DNA from: an uncultured virus (IMG/VR IMGVR_UViG_3300043786_001842)
Taxonomy: Duplodnaviria > Heunggongvirae > Uroviricota > Caudoviricetes
DNA length: 64,000 nt
Virus record (IMG/VR): IMGVR_UViG_3300043786_001842
Reading direction: 5' to 3' (one strand)
Shown: positions 30,295-39,864 of the stretch, in pieces
Layout of the letters: every line of letters starts with the position of its first letter
Numbering within the stretch: position 1 is the first letter of the stretch
Notes under the pieces: model-generated
Told to the model about the DNA's origin: nothing
The model's input: only the letters and a program-made list of their open reading frames with translations
The model's database searches: none
Position numbers and translations under genes: made by a program

Positions 30295-32580
30295 CTACAC
30301 CGCGGGGGCCGCCTCGTCCGGGGGCGCCATGAGGGCCGCCTCGTCCGGAGTTCCGGGTAGGGGGACGAGCCCGAGGAGTTCCTCCTCGATCCGGGCATCC
30401 ACGATCTCGCGGAAGGTCGCATCTCCCTCGTACAGGTCCTTCCAGTTCCGCTGGGCGAACTTCTGTGTCGTCCGGCCGTCGGGAGCCTCGATGAACAGGT
30501 GAGCGCCCGCGCCCTTCAGCGCCTTCTGGCTCTTCAGGAAGTTCAGGTTGGTCCAGGCGTTGTCGAAGCCTGCGTCCGTCAGGACGAGCTCGAACTGGCG
30601 GCCGTCGTAGGAGAGACGCGACTTGACAATGGTGCAGCGGACGACCTTGCCGGGGATCGCGAAACCCTCGTCGCGAGCGTTGGTGAGAGACGAGGACGGC
30701 GCCATCTTCAGGAAGTAGTCGGAGTACTGCGGAAAGCCGGTGCCGCCGGGGCAAGTCTCGTCCATGTTGAGGTACTGGATGCGCTTCGGCTTGGGCGGGC
30801 CGCCGGAGGGGCCCGGGTCCACGCGGATGTGGTTCACGGCGTAGATCGTGATGTTGGGCTCGCCGATCATTCCCGCGAGCCGCTGGGCGAAGGCGTTGTT
30901 GGCCTTGGCCTGGGCCCCGGACTCGTACAGCAGGGAGCCCATCTCCTCCTTCCCGTTCATCACGTCGTCGCTCTGCAAGGCTGCCACGGTGTCGATGATG
31001 ATCACGGTCGGGATCGGGACGCGCTCCCCGGTGCGCGGGTCGTCGGTCCAGATCTCGGAGTTCGGGTCGGCCATCATCGCCAGCTTGGTGTTGATGATCC
31101 GCTTCACGAAGGCGTAGATCTTCTCCAGGGGGACGGGAGTGAAGCGGCGGTATCGGCGCTTGACCTCCTCCAGCGATAGGCCGGTGATGTCCGCGGTGCG
31201 CTCATCCGACCACGCGTTCTCTAAATCGAAATGGAAGACGCTACCCTGTTCGTGAACGCTCACTAGAGCGAACGCCTCCTGGACACAGAGGGTCGTGTTG
31301 TGCGTGACGATGTAGCTGTCGGTGAGGTAGAGGTGCTCAGGGTCCTCGACCATGATGCACATCTGCTCCTCCGCTACCTGTTCTTTGGCGACAGATACGA
31401 TGTAACGAGCTGGCGCATTCTTTGTCGAACGGCTCCACGTCGACGCTTTTCTCGACGTGAAGAATGGATTGAAGTTCACACGGACGTTCACGGTGTACTC
31501 CACCGGGCGTCCCTCCATAGTGCGGTCGTTGACTGCGAGGATCGCCACGCCACCCATCGACTGAACGAGCGAGACGACATCATCGGCGAGCCTGGGGGAC
31601 GTCGTGTGGAACCGGGTGCGGTTCTTACTGTTGCTTCCGTCTGTGTCCATGAGACCATTGAGAATGGCGAGCCGATTCTCGTAGGAATCGTACAGGTACT
31701 CATCAGGGATGAATTTCGATTTGGAGAGGACGTCGAGTCTGAGACGCGCGATCTCCGACGTAATCCGATTGAGATACCCACCCGTCCCACTCTGCTCCGA
31801 ATCGCTGATGTAGCAGTGAGTGCAGGATCCGGTGTCACGTTTGCGTAAAGCGAACCCGTCAGTGAGAGACTTGGCAACGCGACCGACAACCTCGTCGTAG
31901 TCGTTCTCATTCACGGCAAAGTCGATCCGGTGGTCAGCCAGCGAACCATTCCCTATCAGGACGCCGAGCAAGTAAGGATCGATCACGTGGTCAACAGCCC
32001 GGTACTCTACCGGGGCACACAGCGGGACGCGGTAGTTGTACCCGCGACCGTAGGAAAGATTCCCGTTCAGAAGATCGGCGGTGGTCTTGACCACCCATTT
32101 GTGTTTTCCGGGCCTACAGACCTTCCAGAGGTGATCAATGCCGCATCTGGTTGAGGTGCCGTCCCGAAAAGTCACGCGGTACACATCCTTCACCCCCTGC
32201 GGGTAGATACCGATGACCTTCGTCGCCTTGCCGGAACGGGAGAAAACCTCGTCACCGACGCGCAGATTGCCGAAACGCTTGGGGCCGCCGGGAGTCTGTA
32301 CCTGGGTGGACACCGGCTGCTCTTTTCCACAGCCTGTGTAGCCGATCTTCATGATCAGCTTGCCCATTGGCATCCCGCTGAACAATTCGTATTCACCCGT
32401 ATCGTGGTTCATGAAGTACCGGGCGTTGTAGAAGTCCAGCACGTCGATCCCGGTGGGCACTGGGCGGAATGCGCGAGAGTCCTTGATGCCCATTTCACCG
32501 ACGATGCCGTCGAGGGCATCCATGAGGCCACCACTCGGGGCGGCCACGGGTGCAGCAGTCTTCTTTTTGGCCTGAGCCAT
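30295..32580 (-). CDS. recA: RecA/UvsX-like recombinase with intein
   Basis: PTGIDVLD, Walker A GYTGCGK|TT split by the intein, FDLEN, Walker B IIIDTVA, VNHIR, PGG.G and IVKSR. Confidence 0.88.
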   Translation of the reverse strand: MAQAKKKTAAPVAAPSGGLMDALDGIVGEMGIKDSRAFRPVPTGIDVLDFYNARYFMNHDTGEYELFSGMPMGKLIMKIGYTGCGKEQPVSTQVQTPGGPKRFGNLRVGDEVFSRSGKATKVIGIYPQGVKDVYRVTFRDGTSTRCGIDHLWKVCRPGKHKWVVKTTADLLNGNLSYGRGYNYRVPLCAPVEYRAVDHVIDPYLLGVLIGNGSLADHRIDFAVNENDYDEVVGRVAKSLTDGFALRKRDTGSCTHCYISDSEQSGTGGYLNRITSEIARLRLDVLSKSKFIPDEYLYDSYENRLAILNGLMDTDGSNSKNRTRFHTTSPRLADDVVSLVQSMGGVAILAVNDRTMEGRPVEYTVNVRVNFNPFFTSRKASTWSRSTKNAPARYIVSVAKEQVAEEQMCIMVEDPEHLYLTDSYIVTHNTTLCVQEAFALVSVHEQGSVFHFDLENAWSDERTADITGLSLEEVKRRYRRFTPVPLEKIYAFVKRIINTKLAMMADPNSEIWTDDPRTGERVPIPTVIIIDTVAALQSDDVMNGKEEMGSLLYESGAQAKANNAFAQRLAGMIGEPNITIYAVNHIRVDPGPSGGPPKPKRIQYLNMDETCPGGTGFPQYSDYFLKMAPSSSLTNARDEGFAIPGKVVRCTIVKSRLSYDGRQFELVLTDAGFDNAWTNLNFLKSQKALKGAGAHLFIEAPDGRTTQKFAQRNWKDLYEGDATFREIVDARIEEELLGLVPLPGTPDEAALMAPPDEAAPAV
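31297..32322 (-). mobile_element. Class 3 intein with LAGLIDADG endonuclease (342 aa)
   Basis: Starts EQPV and ends VTHN|T. Shows DHLW, QMCIMV and THN (WCT triad), and LAGLIDADG motifs LLGVLIGNG and ILNGLMDTDG. Confidence 0.88.
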
Positions 32581-32666
32581 GCGTTCACTCCTTGATGAGA
32601 GATATAAAGTCGTTTTCAAACTTTTCGTCCGAAAACTTTTGAGTCAGATCGGAACTGCAGAGATGG

Positions 32667-34142
32667 CTATCGCCGCTTCAGTTCGATCTGTAGGATCCGT
32701 TCCGTCGTCGCTTTCTCCTTTTGCACAGTTGTAGTGAGAGTGCGCAATGTCTGCTCCAGCTCCGCGTCTCGCCTGGCGCGACCGCGCTTCCACTCCTCCA
32801 GTCCCGGCCTCGCGGCGCGGCACGCCTCTCGGACCATCTGGGAGAAGTAGGAGCCGTGCCCTCTCTTGTTCATGCCGAGGTGGTCACGAAACTCGCGAGG
32901 ATCCTCGTAGATGCAGTTGCAGATTTGCTCCGCGGCAAGCTCTGCGTTCGTCGATCGCTCGTGCACGGTGACGACGGCCGTGAAGCACTTCAGCCGGCCG
33001 GACCGGATGCCGGCTAGGACGTCCCGCTTCGTCTCGTAATCGAGGCCGTTGACCGACGGCTCGTCCCTCTCGATGCGCCACTCGACGACGAAGTTCCGCG
33101 TGCGGAACTTCCAGAGCGGCTTCTTCCAGATGTCAGCCTTTGCCATCACCCGCTTCCTCCTCACTCACCGTCGGGATGTCGCGCCACTCGACGCCACCGG
33201 CCGCGCCGCACGTCCATGAGTAGGCGCCCTGCAGCACCATCTCACCGCTCTCCATGCGCTTCAGCCGATACCCCCATGGCCTGGTACTTTGCATGGTGAG
33301 TGGCTGAGTGGTATTGTACATGTTGATAGTCGTCGTCAGGTCTGCCGGCGACCCTGTGGGGTTGCTCATGTCTGTTTCTCCAATAGGATGTCTGGAACAT
33401 TGGTTGTAGTACCTTCGAACATCGAGACGATTGTCTTGGCGACAGCATCTCCGATCGTGGCCCCGTACTCACCGCGGGCGCCGTCCTTCAGGATGACGGA
33501 CGCCGCCCACTGCTTGTCCACCGGCACCATTCCGGGATACGGGTTGAGCAGGCCCGTCGTCGGCTCCACGCGCACCAGGTAGTTGTGGCAGAGCCTGATC
33601 ACCAGGTCGGCGTCGATCTCCACTGGGGATCCGAATATCGAGTACCGCTGGCCGGCCTCACCCACGAAGCGCGGGTTCCCGGCTTCGTCGACGAAGGGTG
33701 GCTCTGAGTAGCACCGGCGCTCGTCGTTGGTGACGTCGGCGACATTGCAGCGATACCACACCTCCGGGGCCCCGTCCCGCTTCAGCGCCACGACGCCGTC
33801 CCGCTCGAACTCACCCTCGAACTCGGCGACCGCCGCCAGTACATGATGGAGAGCCCACACCAGTGCCACCCCTTTGAGATCTCTCACGGGCGTCAGCATC
33901 GCTCAGTCTTCCTCGCCGTTGCCGACGTCCATGTCCATGTCAGCTTTGATGCCTTTGAGTTCGGCGAACAGGCCGAGATTGGAGTCGATGTACTCCGTCA
34001 CCTCGGTGAACCGCCTGTTCGTGACCTCCCTGGCGATCTTCGTGATCAGGTCGCCGTACTGCCGGTCGAGGTACTGCCGGGCGGCGTCGACGCTCTCGAA
34101 CATCCTGCCGTCGCGCACCTGTATCATTTGGATCAGCTTCAC
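32667..34142 (-). CDS. Four small hypothetical ORFs (32667-~33147, 33133-33369, 33366-33899, 33903-34142)
   Basis: Packed ORFs with RBS. Promoter motif upstream. Confidence 0.55.
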
Positions 34143-34200
34143 GGTCTCTCCTTGTGTGGTTGATGACATGAGAATGATATGCGGGCGGTGCCCTGCAACG

Positions 34201-34230
34201 AAAAAAGAAAGGGCGGCTGGAGCCGCCTTT
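34201..34230 (-). terminator. Intrinsic terminator after purA-like gene
   Basis: AAGGCGGCT/AGCCGCCCTT stem followed by TTCTTTTTT on the - strand. Confidence 0.7.
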
Positions 34231-34292
34231 TCGATCAGGACTGTGAGGAGCGGAAGCGGTTCTCGCGGTTCTCCGACCGGCTGGAAGCATAG

Positions 34293-35495
34293 TTACACGA
34301 GGCGCGTCACACCCTTCCGAGTTTTGGTGTGTGCTGTATAACCAACAAATATCGGCACATCTGAGAACGCACATGCGCCTTGCAGTGCCTTGAGAGCGTC
34401 CGAAGGTGGGAGGCCCCTCCAGTCATCTGTCAGCGTCGGGGTGTCGGTGCCCGCATCGGCCCAGGTAAGGGCAATGGAAGGTCGACCTAGCTGGGCGGAA
34501 CGAATCTTCTTCGCTCTGGCCAGGTCGGTGCGGACGGCATATTCCAGCTGGTGGACCACCAGAGGACCGTAGCGTAGACCGTGCTGCCAGTCATTGTGGA
34601 TGTTGGTCGTGTCCACGTCCAAAGCCGGGGGTGGACCCTTCTTCCACTCGCGGTCGCCGACCCAGTCGTAGTACATCGGACCCGCGCCGTGGCGGGTGGT
34701 GTACGAGCGTGTCACGTACACCGGATCTATCGCACGAGCGGCGCCGGCGACTGCCAGCACATTCTGCAATCCAGTATTGCTCGGGGTGACGTGCGGGTAG
34801 AAGCCGCTGTTTTGATCTAGCAGCAAACCCTGAGCCCCCTCAAATATGCAGGGAAGCGATTGGGAAACCACACCCTCGTCAGTACGCATGCTGACGAGAT
34901 CGAACATTGCAGCGGACGTCTCGATGAATGCGTGATCGCTGGCATTGTGCTCGTCGCGCGAACCGACAAGCGGAAACAGCCGACGAACAGCGGCGAGGAA
35001 TGTCATGATTTCGGATGGAGTCATCTCCCCCAGAGCACGCATCGTCAGGCGCATCCACGCGCCGCGCCGCACCGCATGGTTGATGCCATGACCAACAGAG
35101 CCGTGTCGTCCTTCTCCACGCTGGTCGCGAGCTAATTCGTGTTGCCTGTTAGCCATGACATCAATCGGAAGGACCACTTCGCATTCTGGGTCAAAGCTGA
35201 TCGGCGGGATGAATCCGAAGGTGTCGGCGAATACCCCAAGCTCTTCCATGAGGAAGATCGGGTTGATCAGCATAAATCGGGAAAGGTGTGTGTGCAAGCC
35301 GGCCACGGCGCCCGCCCCGATCTGGGAGCAAACGTGGCGAGCGCCATCCGGCGTGACCACCGTGTGGCCCGCCTGCGAGCCACCATTGAATCTTACGACG
35401 GAGGAGTACTCCCCAGTGGAGGCGAAGTAGTCGACCATCTGACCCTTACCTTCGTCGCCGAAGCCAGCTCCTATTACTGCTACGTGGCCCCTCAT
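34293..35495 (-). CDS. Divergent adenylosuccinate synthetase-like protein
   Basis: GAGFGDEGKG, RFNGGSQAGHTV, HGSVGHGI, FEGAQGLLLD, PHVTPSNTG and YTTRHGAGP. C-terminal loops diverge from PurA. Confidence 0.85.
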   Translation of the reverse strand: MRGHVAVIGAGFGDEGKGQMVDYFASTGEYSSVVRFNGGSQAGHTVVTPDGARHVCSQIGAGAVAGLHTHLSRFMLINPIFLMEELGVFADTFGFIPPISFDPECEVVLPIDVMANRQHELARDQRGEGRHGSVGHGINHAVRRGAWMRLTMRALGEMTPSEIMTFLAAVRRLFPLVGSRDEHNASDHAFIETSAAMFDLVSMRTDEGVVSQSLPCIFEGAQGLLLDQNSGFYPHVTPSNTGLQNVLAVAGAARAIDPVYVTRSYTTRHGAGPMYYDWVGDREWKKGPPPALDVDTTNIHNDWQHGLRYGPLVVHQLEYAVRTDLARAKKIRSAQLGRPSIALTWADAGTDTPTLTDDWRGLPPSDALKALQGACAFSDVPIFVGYTAHTKTRKGVTRLV

Positions 35496-35554
35496 TTGTT
35501 TCCCCTCTGTAAATGTCAGTCTAGCCGAAGTCGGCTAGACTGACTGTGCTACAC

Positions 35555-36490
35555 TCAGAAGCGCTTCACAGCACCAGTGCTGCCGGAGTTGGTAACAGCG
35601 ACGGTGCCGAGCCCGGAAACCGCCTTGGCCACGACCATCGAGGTATCGCCTCCCCAGCTGGCGACGACATCCGAGACGCTCCGGCCTTCGACCACCTCGA
35701 TGGTCGAGATCATGACCTCCGAGAGGTTGTTGATGTTCGCCAGCGGGATGGCCCGCTGCCCCATGAGGCTCGTCCAACTTTCTACAACGCGGCGAGGGTA
35801 CGTGGCCATGTGGTTCCCCTGCTCCACCATGATGTGGAACACCTCCCACTGCTGGGAGAGAGCGGCGAGAAGAGCGGCGTTATTCGGCACGGACTGTGGC
35901 GTGCTGCCGAAGACCAACTCGATTTCAGCAGGAGTGAGGTTCGGCGGGACTTCCTCGTCACCTACAGTGAACAGGTATCCCTTCTTCCCGCGCTTGCTGT
36001 ACGCATCGTGCGCCACACGCGTCAGCGCCGCATACCACACGAGATTATTAGACTCCGAACTGTTGGAGCCCCCGCCCGTACCGACGCGATACATCTGCTC
36101 GATCTGCGGCGTCAACGAGGCAGTGTCGGACTCGAACTGCGACATCTGCAACCAGGCGGCGCGGTCGGCCTCCACGTCGCCGAAGCCGGCAAAGGCGAAT
36201 TGGGGGCCGGGGATGACTTTGCGGTTGAGCAGTTCTTCGAAGATCTGACCGAGGCCCTTGGTCACGATCTGGCGGGAGAGCGAACCCATGGAACCGGTCA
36301 GGTCGATGCCGCTCAGCACGGGGGTCGTGATCGGATTGACATCGCTGTCACGTGCTTCGCGGATCTGGAACTTCTTCGGATTGAGATTGTCATGCAGCTC
36401 CGATGCCGTGAAGATGTCGCTCGTGCTCTTCGCGGAAGCGGTAGACCGATAAGCAGCCCAGTCTTTACTGCTATACGAGGTGGAACCCAT
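35555..36490 (-). CDS. vWA (MIDAS) domain protein
   Basis: DLTGSMG MIDAS motif, GDV.AD, QFES, GGGSNSSES and FTVGDE. Confidence 0.8.
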   Translation of the reverse strand: MGSTSYSSKDWAAYRSTASAKSTSDIFTASELHDNLNPKKFQIREARDSDVNPITTPVLSGIDLTGSMGSLSRQIVTKGLGQIFEELLNRKVIPGPQFAFAGFGDVEADRAAWLQMSQFESDTASLTPQIEQMYRVGTGGGSNSSESNNLVWYAALTRVAHDAYSKRGKKGYLFTVGDEEVPPNLTPAEIELVFGSTPQSVPNNAALLAALSQQWEVFHIMVEQGNHMATYPRRVVESWTSLMGQRAIPLANINNLSEVMISTIEVVEGRSVSDVVASWGGDTSMVVAKAVSGLGTVAVTNSGSTGAVKRF

Positions 36491-36498
36491 TTTCTCTC

Positions 36499-37494
36499 CT
36501 AGAGTTTGGGTACGTTGAACTTGACGAACTTGCGCTCGCCAAATGCGCTATCACGGGCCTTTTCCCACTGGGAATAGAGCTCCATTGCTGATGAGGCGGT
36601 GAATGGTGCGGACAGGAAATCCGCGAGTTGAGTTGGCACGTCCTTTCGCATGCGCAGTTCGGTTGCCGATGGCACACCTAGAATTTCGATAGCAGTGTGT
36701 CGAGCCAGCTCGAAGTCTAGCCGCTTATCCGCTCGTGAAGCCAGAAGAACATCCGGCGGGCACAGCCGGACGGATCTGGCTGGGAGCGCAACAAACCGCT
36801 CGCCCGAAGTTCTGGCGTACCACCACCCGCCGTACAGGTGGAGGGAGTGGTCATCCGTGTTGACGAACAAACTGTCTACAGAGATGTCCCCGTGGACGAT
36901 GCCGCGCCACTCCAAGTAGCAGAGTAGGTGCATCAATCGCCCGATCATCCAGGCGGTGTGGACCGCCGGCATCGGCCCGTGTAGATCTAAGAGGGCGCGC
37001 AGCGGACGAACGTCGGGCTCCTTGGAGAGCACGACAATGGTTGGCGGCAGTCTCCACGACGCCGTCTGCGGCACCTGCCGCGGCAGCAGCTTGAGATTGG
37101 TGTCACGAGTACCAATCGGGCCGGGGTGCAGACGATTGGCCTCCATCAACGCCCGGCCCGCCTCGCCGAGATCGGCGAAAGGCGCGTCGAGCAGATACAG
37201 GACACGCCCGCGGCTGACGAACATGCGGCCGACCTCGAGGTTGCGAGCGAACTCGTACTTCAGACGCAGCGTGGTCCCATCGAATGCGAAGGTGACGTCA
37301 CTCCCGTTGTCCCACGGCTCAGATGCTTCCACCTTCTTGATCGCCAACTCGTACAGGTCCTTAAGGAGCTGGAAGTCTGCGGTGGTCCCACCTTTATCGG
37401 GATGGTGCAGCTTTGCAAGCCTGCGGTACTGCGTAGTGATATGCCTCGCGGAACCGTACTCAAACAGCTCCTCAGGCCGTGTTGCATCGATCAT
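36499..37494 (-). CDS. J-domain fused to protein-kinase-like domain
   Basis: YRRLAKLHHPDKGG (HPD motif) and GIVHGDIS catalytic-loop-like motif followed by LYGGWWY. Confidence 0.8.
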   Translation of the reverse strand: MIDATRPEELFEYGSARHITTQYRRLAKLHHPDKGGTTADFQLLKDLYELAIKKVEASEPWDNGSDVTFAFDGTTLRLKYEFARNLEVGRMFVSRGRVLYLLDAPFADLGEAGRALMEANRLHPGPIGTRDTNLKLLPRQVPQTASWRLPPTIVVLSKEPDVRPLRALLDLHGPMPAVHTAWMIGRLMHLLCYLEWRGIVHGDISVDSLFVNTDDHSLHLYGGWWYARTSGERFVALPARSVRLCPPDVLLASRADKRLDFELARHTAIEILGVPSATELRMRKDVPTQLADFLSAPFTASSAMELYSQWEKARDSAFGERKFVKFNVPKL

Positions 37495-37580
37495 GTGGCG
37501 ATCTCCGTCTCTGGGTAATACGATGTGGCCCCATCCCTTTCAGGATGGGGATTTACATTCGTTGCGCGTCTACGCCGCCC

Positions 37581-38198
37581 TCATGTGAGCGGGTGAACCG
37601 CGACGGCAAAGCGTTTCGGCTCGTGGCGTCTGGTGGGGCCGTAGACGTCGAAGTCTTCGATGACCCGCCAGAAGTCGGTCGACTTCTGTAAAGGCACGAT
37701 CTGCTTTGCCAGGAGATCCACGTAGTAGGCGTAGCGCCCCTCGGCGAGCGCCCGGCCGACCACGCCCGACCAGAAGTTCTGCCCGAGCTGGGTCTGCTCG
37801 TCGTCGGTCAGGATCGTCTCCTTCTCCGGAAGCAGGATTTCGAAAAAGACGTCCTTGGCCAGGTGCGCCGTCTCGGGGTAGATCTGATCGGCCCAGACGA
37901 TGGCCTGGGAGACATAGCTGCCACGCACGATCCTCTTCGCGTCGGTCTCGTAGCGCATGTAGTAGCCGACCCGGCGGTCCTCGCCGTGGAGAGCGAAGAA
38001 GTGAGTGCGGAATCGGTACAGGACGACGCTCTCCGAGAGCCGCCGGACCTCCTGTTTGAACTTATTGCCAGCGAGCTTTGCATAGATGCGCGCGTTCTCG
38101 CTGGGCTTGTTCAGCAGGTAGTTGGTCAGGGGATCGATCAGCCTCGGCAGCTCGTTGAGCAGCTCGACATGCAGAAATTCTTCTCTGAAGTGCTCCAT
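37581..38198 (-). CDS. Hypothetical protein (possible GNAT-like fold, possible virion internal protein)
   Basis: AAGGAG RBS, N-terminal LNELP, and ILTDDEQTQLGQNFW motif. Confidence 0.6.
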   Translation of the reverse strand: MEHFREEFLHVELLNELPRLIDPLTNYLLNKPSENARIYAKLAGNKFKQEVRRLSESVVLYRFRTHFFALHGEDRRVGYYMRYETDAKRIVRGSYVSQAIVWADQIYPETAHLAKDVFFEILLPEKETILTDDEQTQLGQNFWSGVVGRALAEGRYAYYVDLLAKQIVPLQKSTDFWRVIEDFDVYGPTRRHEPKRFAVAVHPLT

Positions 38199-38251
38199 GG
38201 GGCTCCTTTTGAAAGATCCCCATCCCGCAGGGGGATGGGGATGGGGATGGA

Positions 38252-38326
38252 TGGTGCCGCTTGTCTGTATCGAACAGACGACCTACGCGTTACGAGTGCG
38301 TTGCTCTACCACTGAGCTAAAGCGGC
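38252..38326 (-). tRNA. tRNA-Thr(CGT)
   Basis: GCCGCTT acceptor stem, D arm TAGCTCAGTGGTAGAGC, anticodon loop CTCGTAA, T loop GTTCGAT and encoded CCA. Confidence 0.95.
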
Positions 38327-38354
38327 GACGGCGACAATGTAACGTTCGCTCGCC

Positions 38355-38828
38355 TTAGCCGGCGAAAGAGCCGGTGAATTGCTGCCGGATCTCCCACTCC
38401 ACCAGGCTCTCCACCGGCGTGTAGTGCCGACAGGAAGTGCAGACCGAGACGAGGGCAGCACCGGCACCGGCTCTCGACCTGCTGAAGATGTCGCGCCCGG
38501 GAGCGCTCCCGCTTATGATGTCCCGGTCGAGGGCATAGCGGAAGTTGGCGCCCGCGATGTACCGGGCGCCCGCGCCGGCCCGGATCTGAATCAGGGCGTC
38601 GACGACGTCCTGGCCGTCCGATGCGTACCCCGAGATCAGGTACCAACCGGCCCCGCGCGGGTAGAGCTTGGCTCCCGTGTTCAGGAGGTGCTCCGCCCCC
38701 ATCTCCCGGAGCCTGGCGTGCCGGAGGCCGCCGGCGAGGATGATGTCCACTTCAGAGTCTGTCAATCGGACTTGGCACCTGTGAGTGGAACGCGCAGTCG
38801 CCCACGCATTTTTCGGGATCTTGCTCAT
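38355..38828 (-). CDS. Hypothetical protein
   Basis: AAGGAG RBS, upstream promoter motif and a CxxC near the C-terminus. Confidence 0.6.
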   Translation of the reverse strand: MSKIPKNAWATARSTHRCQVRLTDSEVDIILAGGLRHARLREMGAEHLLNTGAKLYPRGAGWYLISGYASDGQDVVDALIQIRAGAGARYIAGANFRYALDRDIISGSAPGRDIFSRSRAGAGAALVSVCTSCRHYTPVESLVEWEIRQQFTGSFAG

Positions 38829-38898
38829 TGTCTTCTCCTTGAGAACAAATCAGAAGAATGATATAGCATCGAAGCCGCAGGTAATGGTGCGCTCATCG

Positions 38899-39288
38899 CT
38901 AGTCGAGATCTCTCAGCATGGCCGCACCGTTCAGCACTTCCCGCACCACCGCCGACAGCGTGTTTGGGCGGAACGGCTTCACGACGTAGCCGCCCACGCC
39001 GAATTGCATTAGACGCTGAATCCTCGAGCGCTCAGCCTCCGCCGTCAACATCACGACTGGCATCCGTCTCGTCCGCGGGTCTCCGCGCAGCCGCCGCAGA
39101 AACTCCTCTCCGTCGACGTTGGGCATGTTCCAGTCGCAGATGACGAGATCGATGTTCTCCGCGGCGAGTTTTCCCAGAGCGTCGGCGCCGTCGACGGCAT
39201 CGACGGACTCGTGTCCCATCCACCGGAGCACGGCGGTCACGGCCAGTCTGATCGATGCTGCGTCGTCCACGACGAGGATCTTGGCCAT
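38899..39288 (-). CDS. Stand-alone CheY-like response regulator receiver
   Basis: ILVVDD, ICDWNMP (phosphoacceptor Asp), MLTAE and VKPF. Confidence 0.9.
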   Translation of the reverse strand: MAKILVVDDAASIRLAVTAVLRWMGHESVDAVDGADALGKLAAENIDLVICDWNMPNVDGEEFLRRLRGDPRTRRMPVVMLTAEAERSRIQRLMQFGVGGYVVKPFRPNTLSAVVREVLNGAAMLRDLD

Positions 39289-39291
39289 ACC

Positions 39292-39864
39292 TCAGTCCTC
39301 TTTGATGTCTTCGGCCCGGATGCGATCGAACCGAATCGCCATGGGCGCCCCGCCGAATGGCGGTGACAGCATGTCGCCCGCCCGCCGAACCCAGGCGCGG
39401 ACCTCAGGCGTCTCCGGGCCGACCTTGCTACAGATGCTCAGGTGGGCCTGGAACTTGTCGAAGCTGTGCTGCGCGCCGGCCGCCGCGAGCATCCTATTCG
39501 CAGCATCGGCCTCGGGCGACTCCAGCTTGAAGACCGCGTACCCGTCCTTGTCGTGCCCCTCCCAGTACTCGACTCCTGTGATCCAGGCCACGATATGGGG
39601 TCCGAGGACGGGCCGGACCTTGGACGGGTCGAGGCCGGCCTTCCTCGAGTAGATGAGCGTTACGTGAGCCTCGTCGCGGAGCGTCGTCGGGTCGAAGGGA
39701 GGTCTCGTCAGGTCCAGGAGATCCATCATGCGCCGGACCTCTCCGGCGGCCGGCAGCATGCAGACGTAGGCCGTGCCGTTGTCGGTGAGAGCCGTGAGAT
39801 CGATCGTGACCTCGCTTATGGAGGCGATGAATGCCTCCATCAGTTCGATGCTTTCTTCCATCAT
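39292..39864 (-). CDS. 2H phosphoesterase, Acb1 (anti-CBASS)-like
   Basis: HVTLIYSR and GAQHSFDKFQAHLSI parallel T4 Acb1 HSTICYSR and GATHDFDDYTPHITL as recalled. Confidence 0.75.
   Translation of the reverse strand: MMEESIELMEAFIASISEVTIDLTALTDNGTAYVCMLPAAGEVRRMMDLLDLTRPPFDPTTLRDEAHVTLIYSRKAGLDPSKVRPVLGPHIVAWITGVEYWEGHDKDGYAVFKLESPEADAANRMLAAAGAQHSFDKFQAHLSICSKVGPETPEVRAWVRRAGDMLSPPFGGAPMAIRFDRIRAEDIKED

Noticed and set aside
34293..35495. PurZ / 2-aminoadenine (Z-genome) pathway
   Set aside because: The P-loop keeps the PurA-type Asp (GDEGKG), not the Ser typical of PurZ, and no DatZ or MazZ gene is adjacent.
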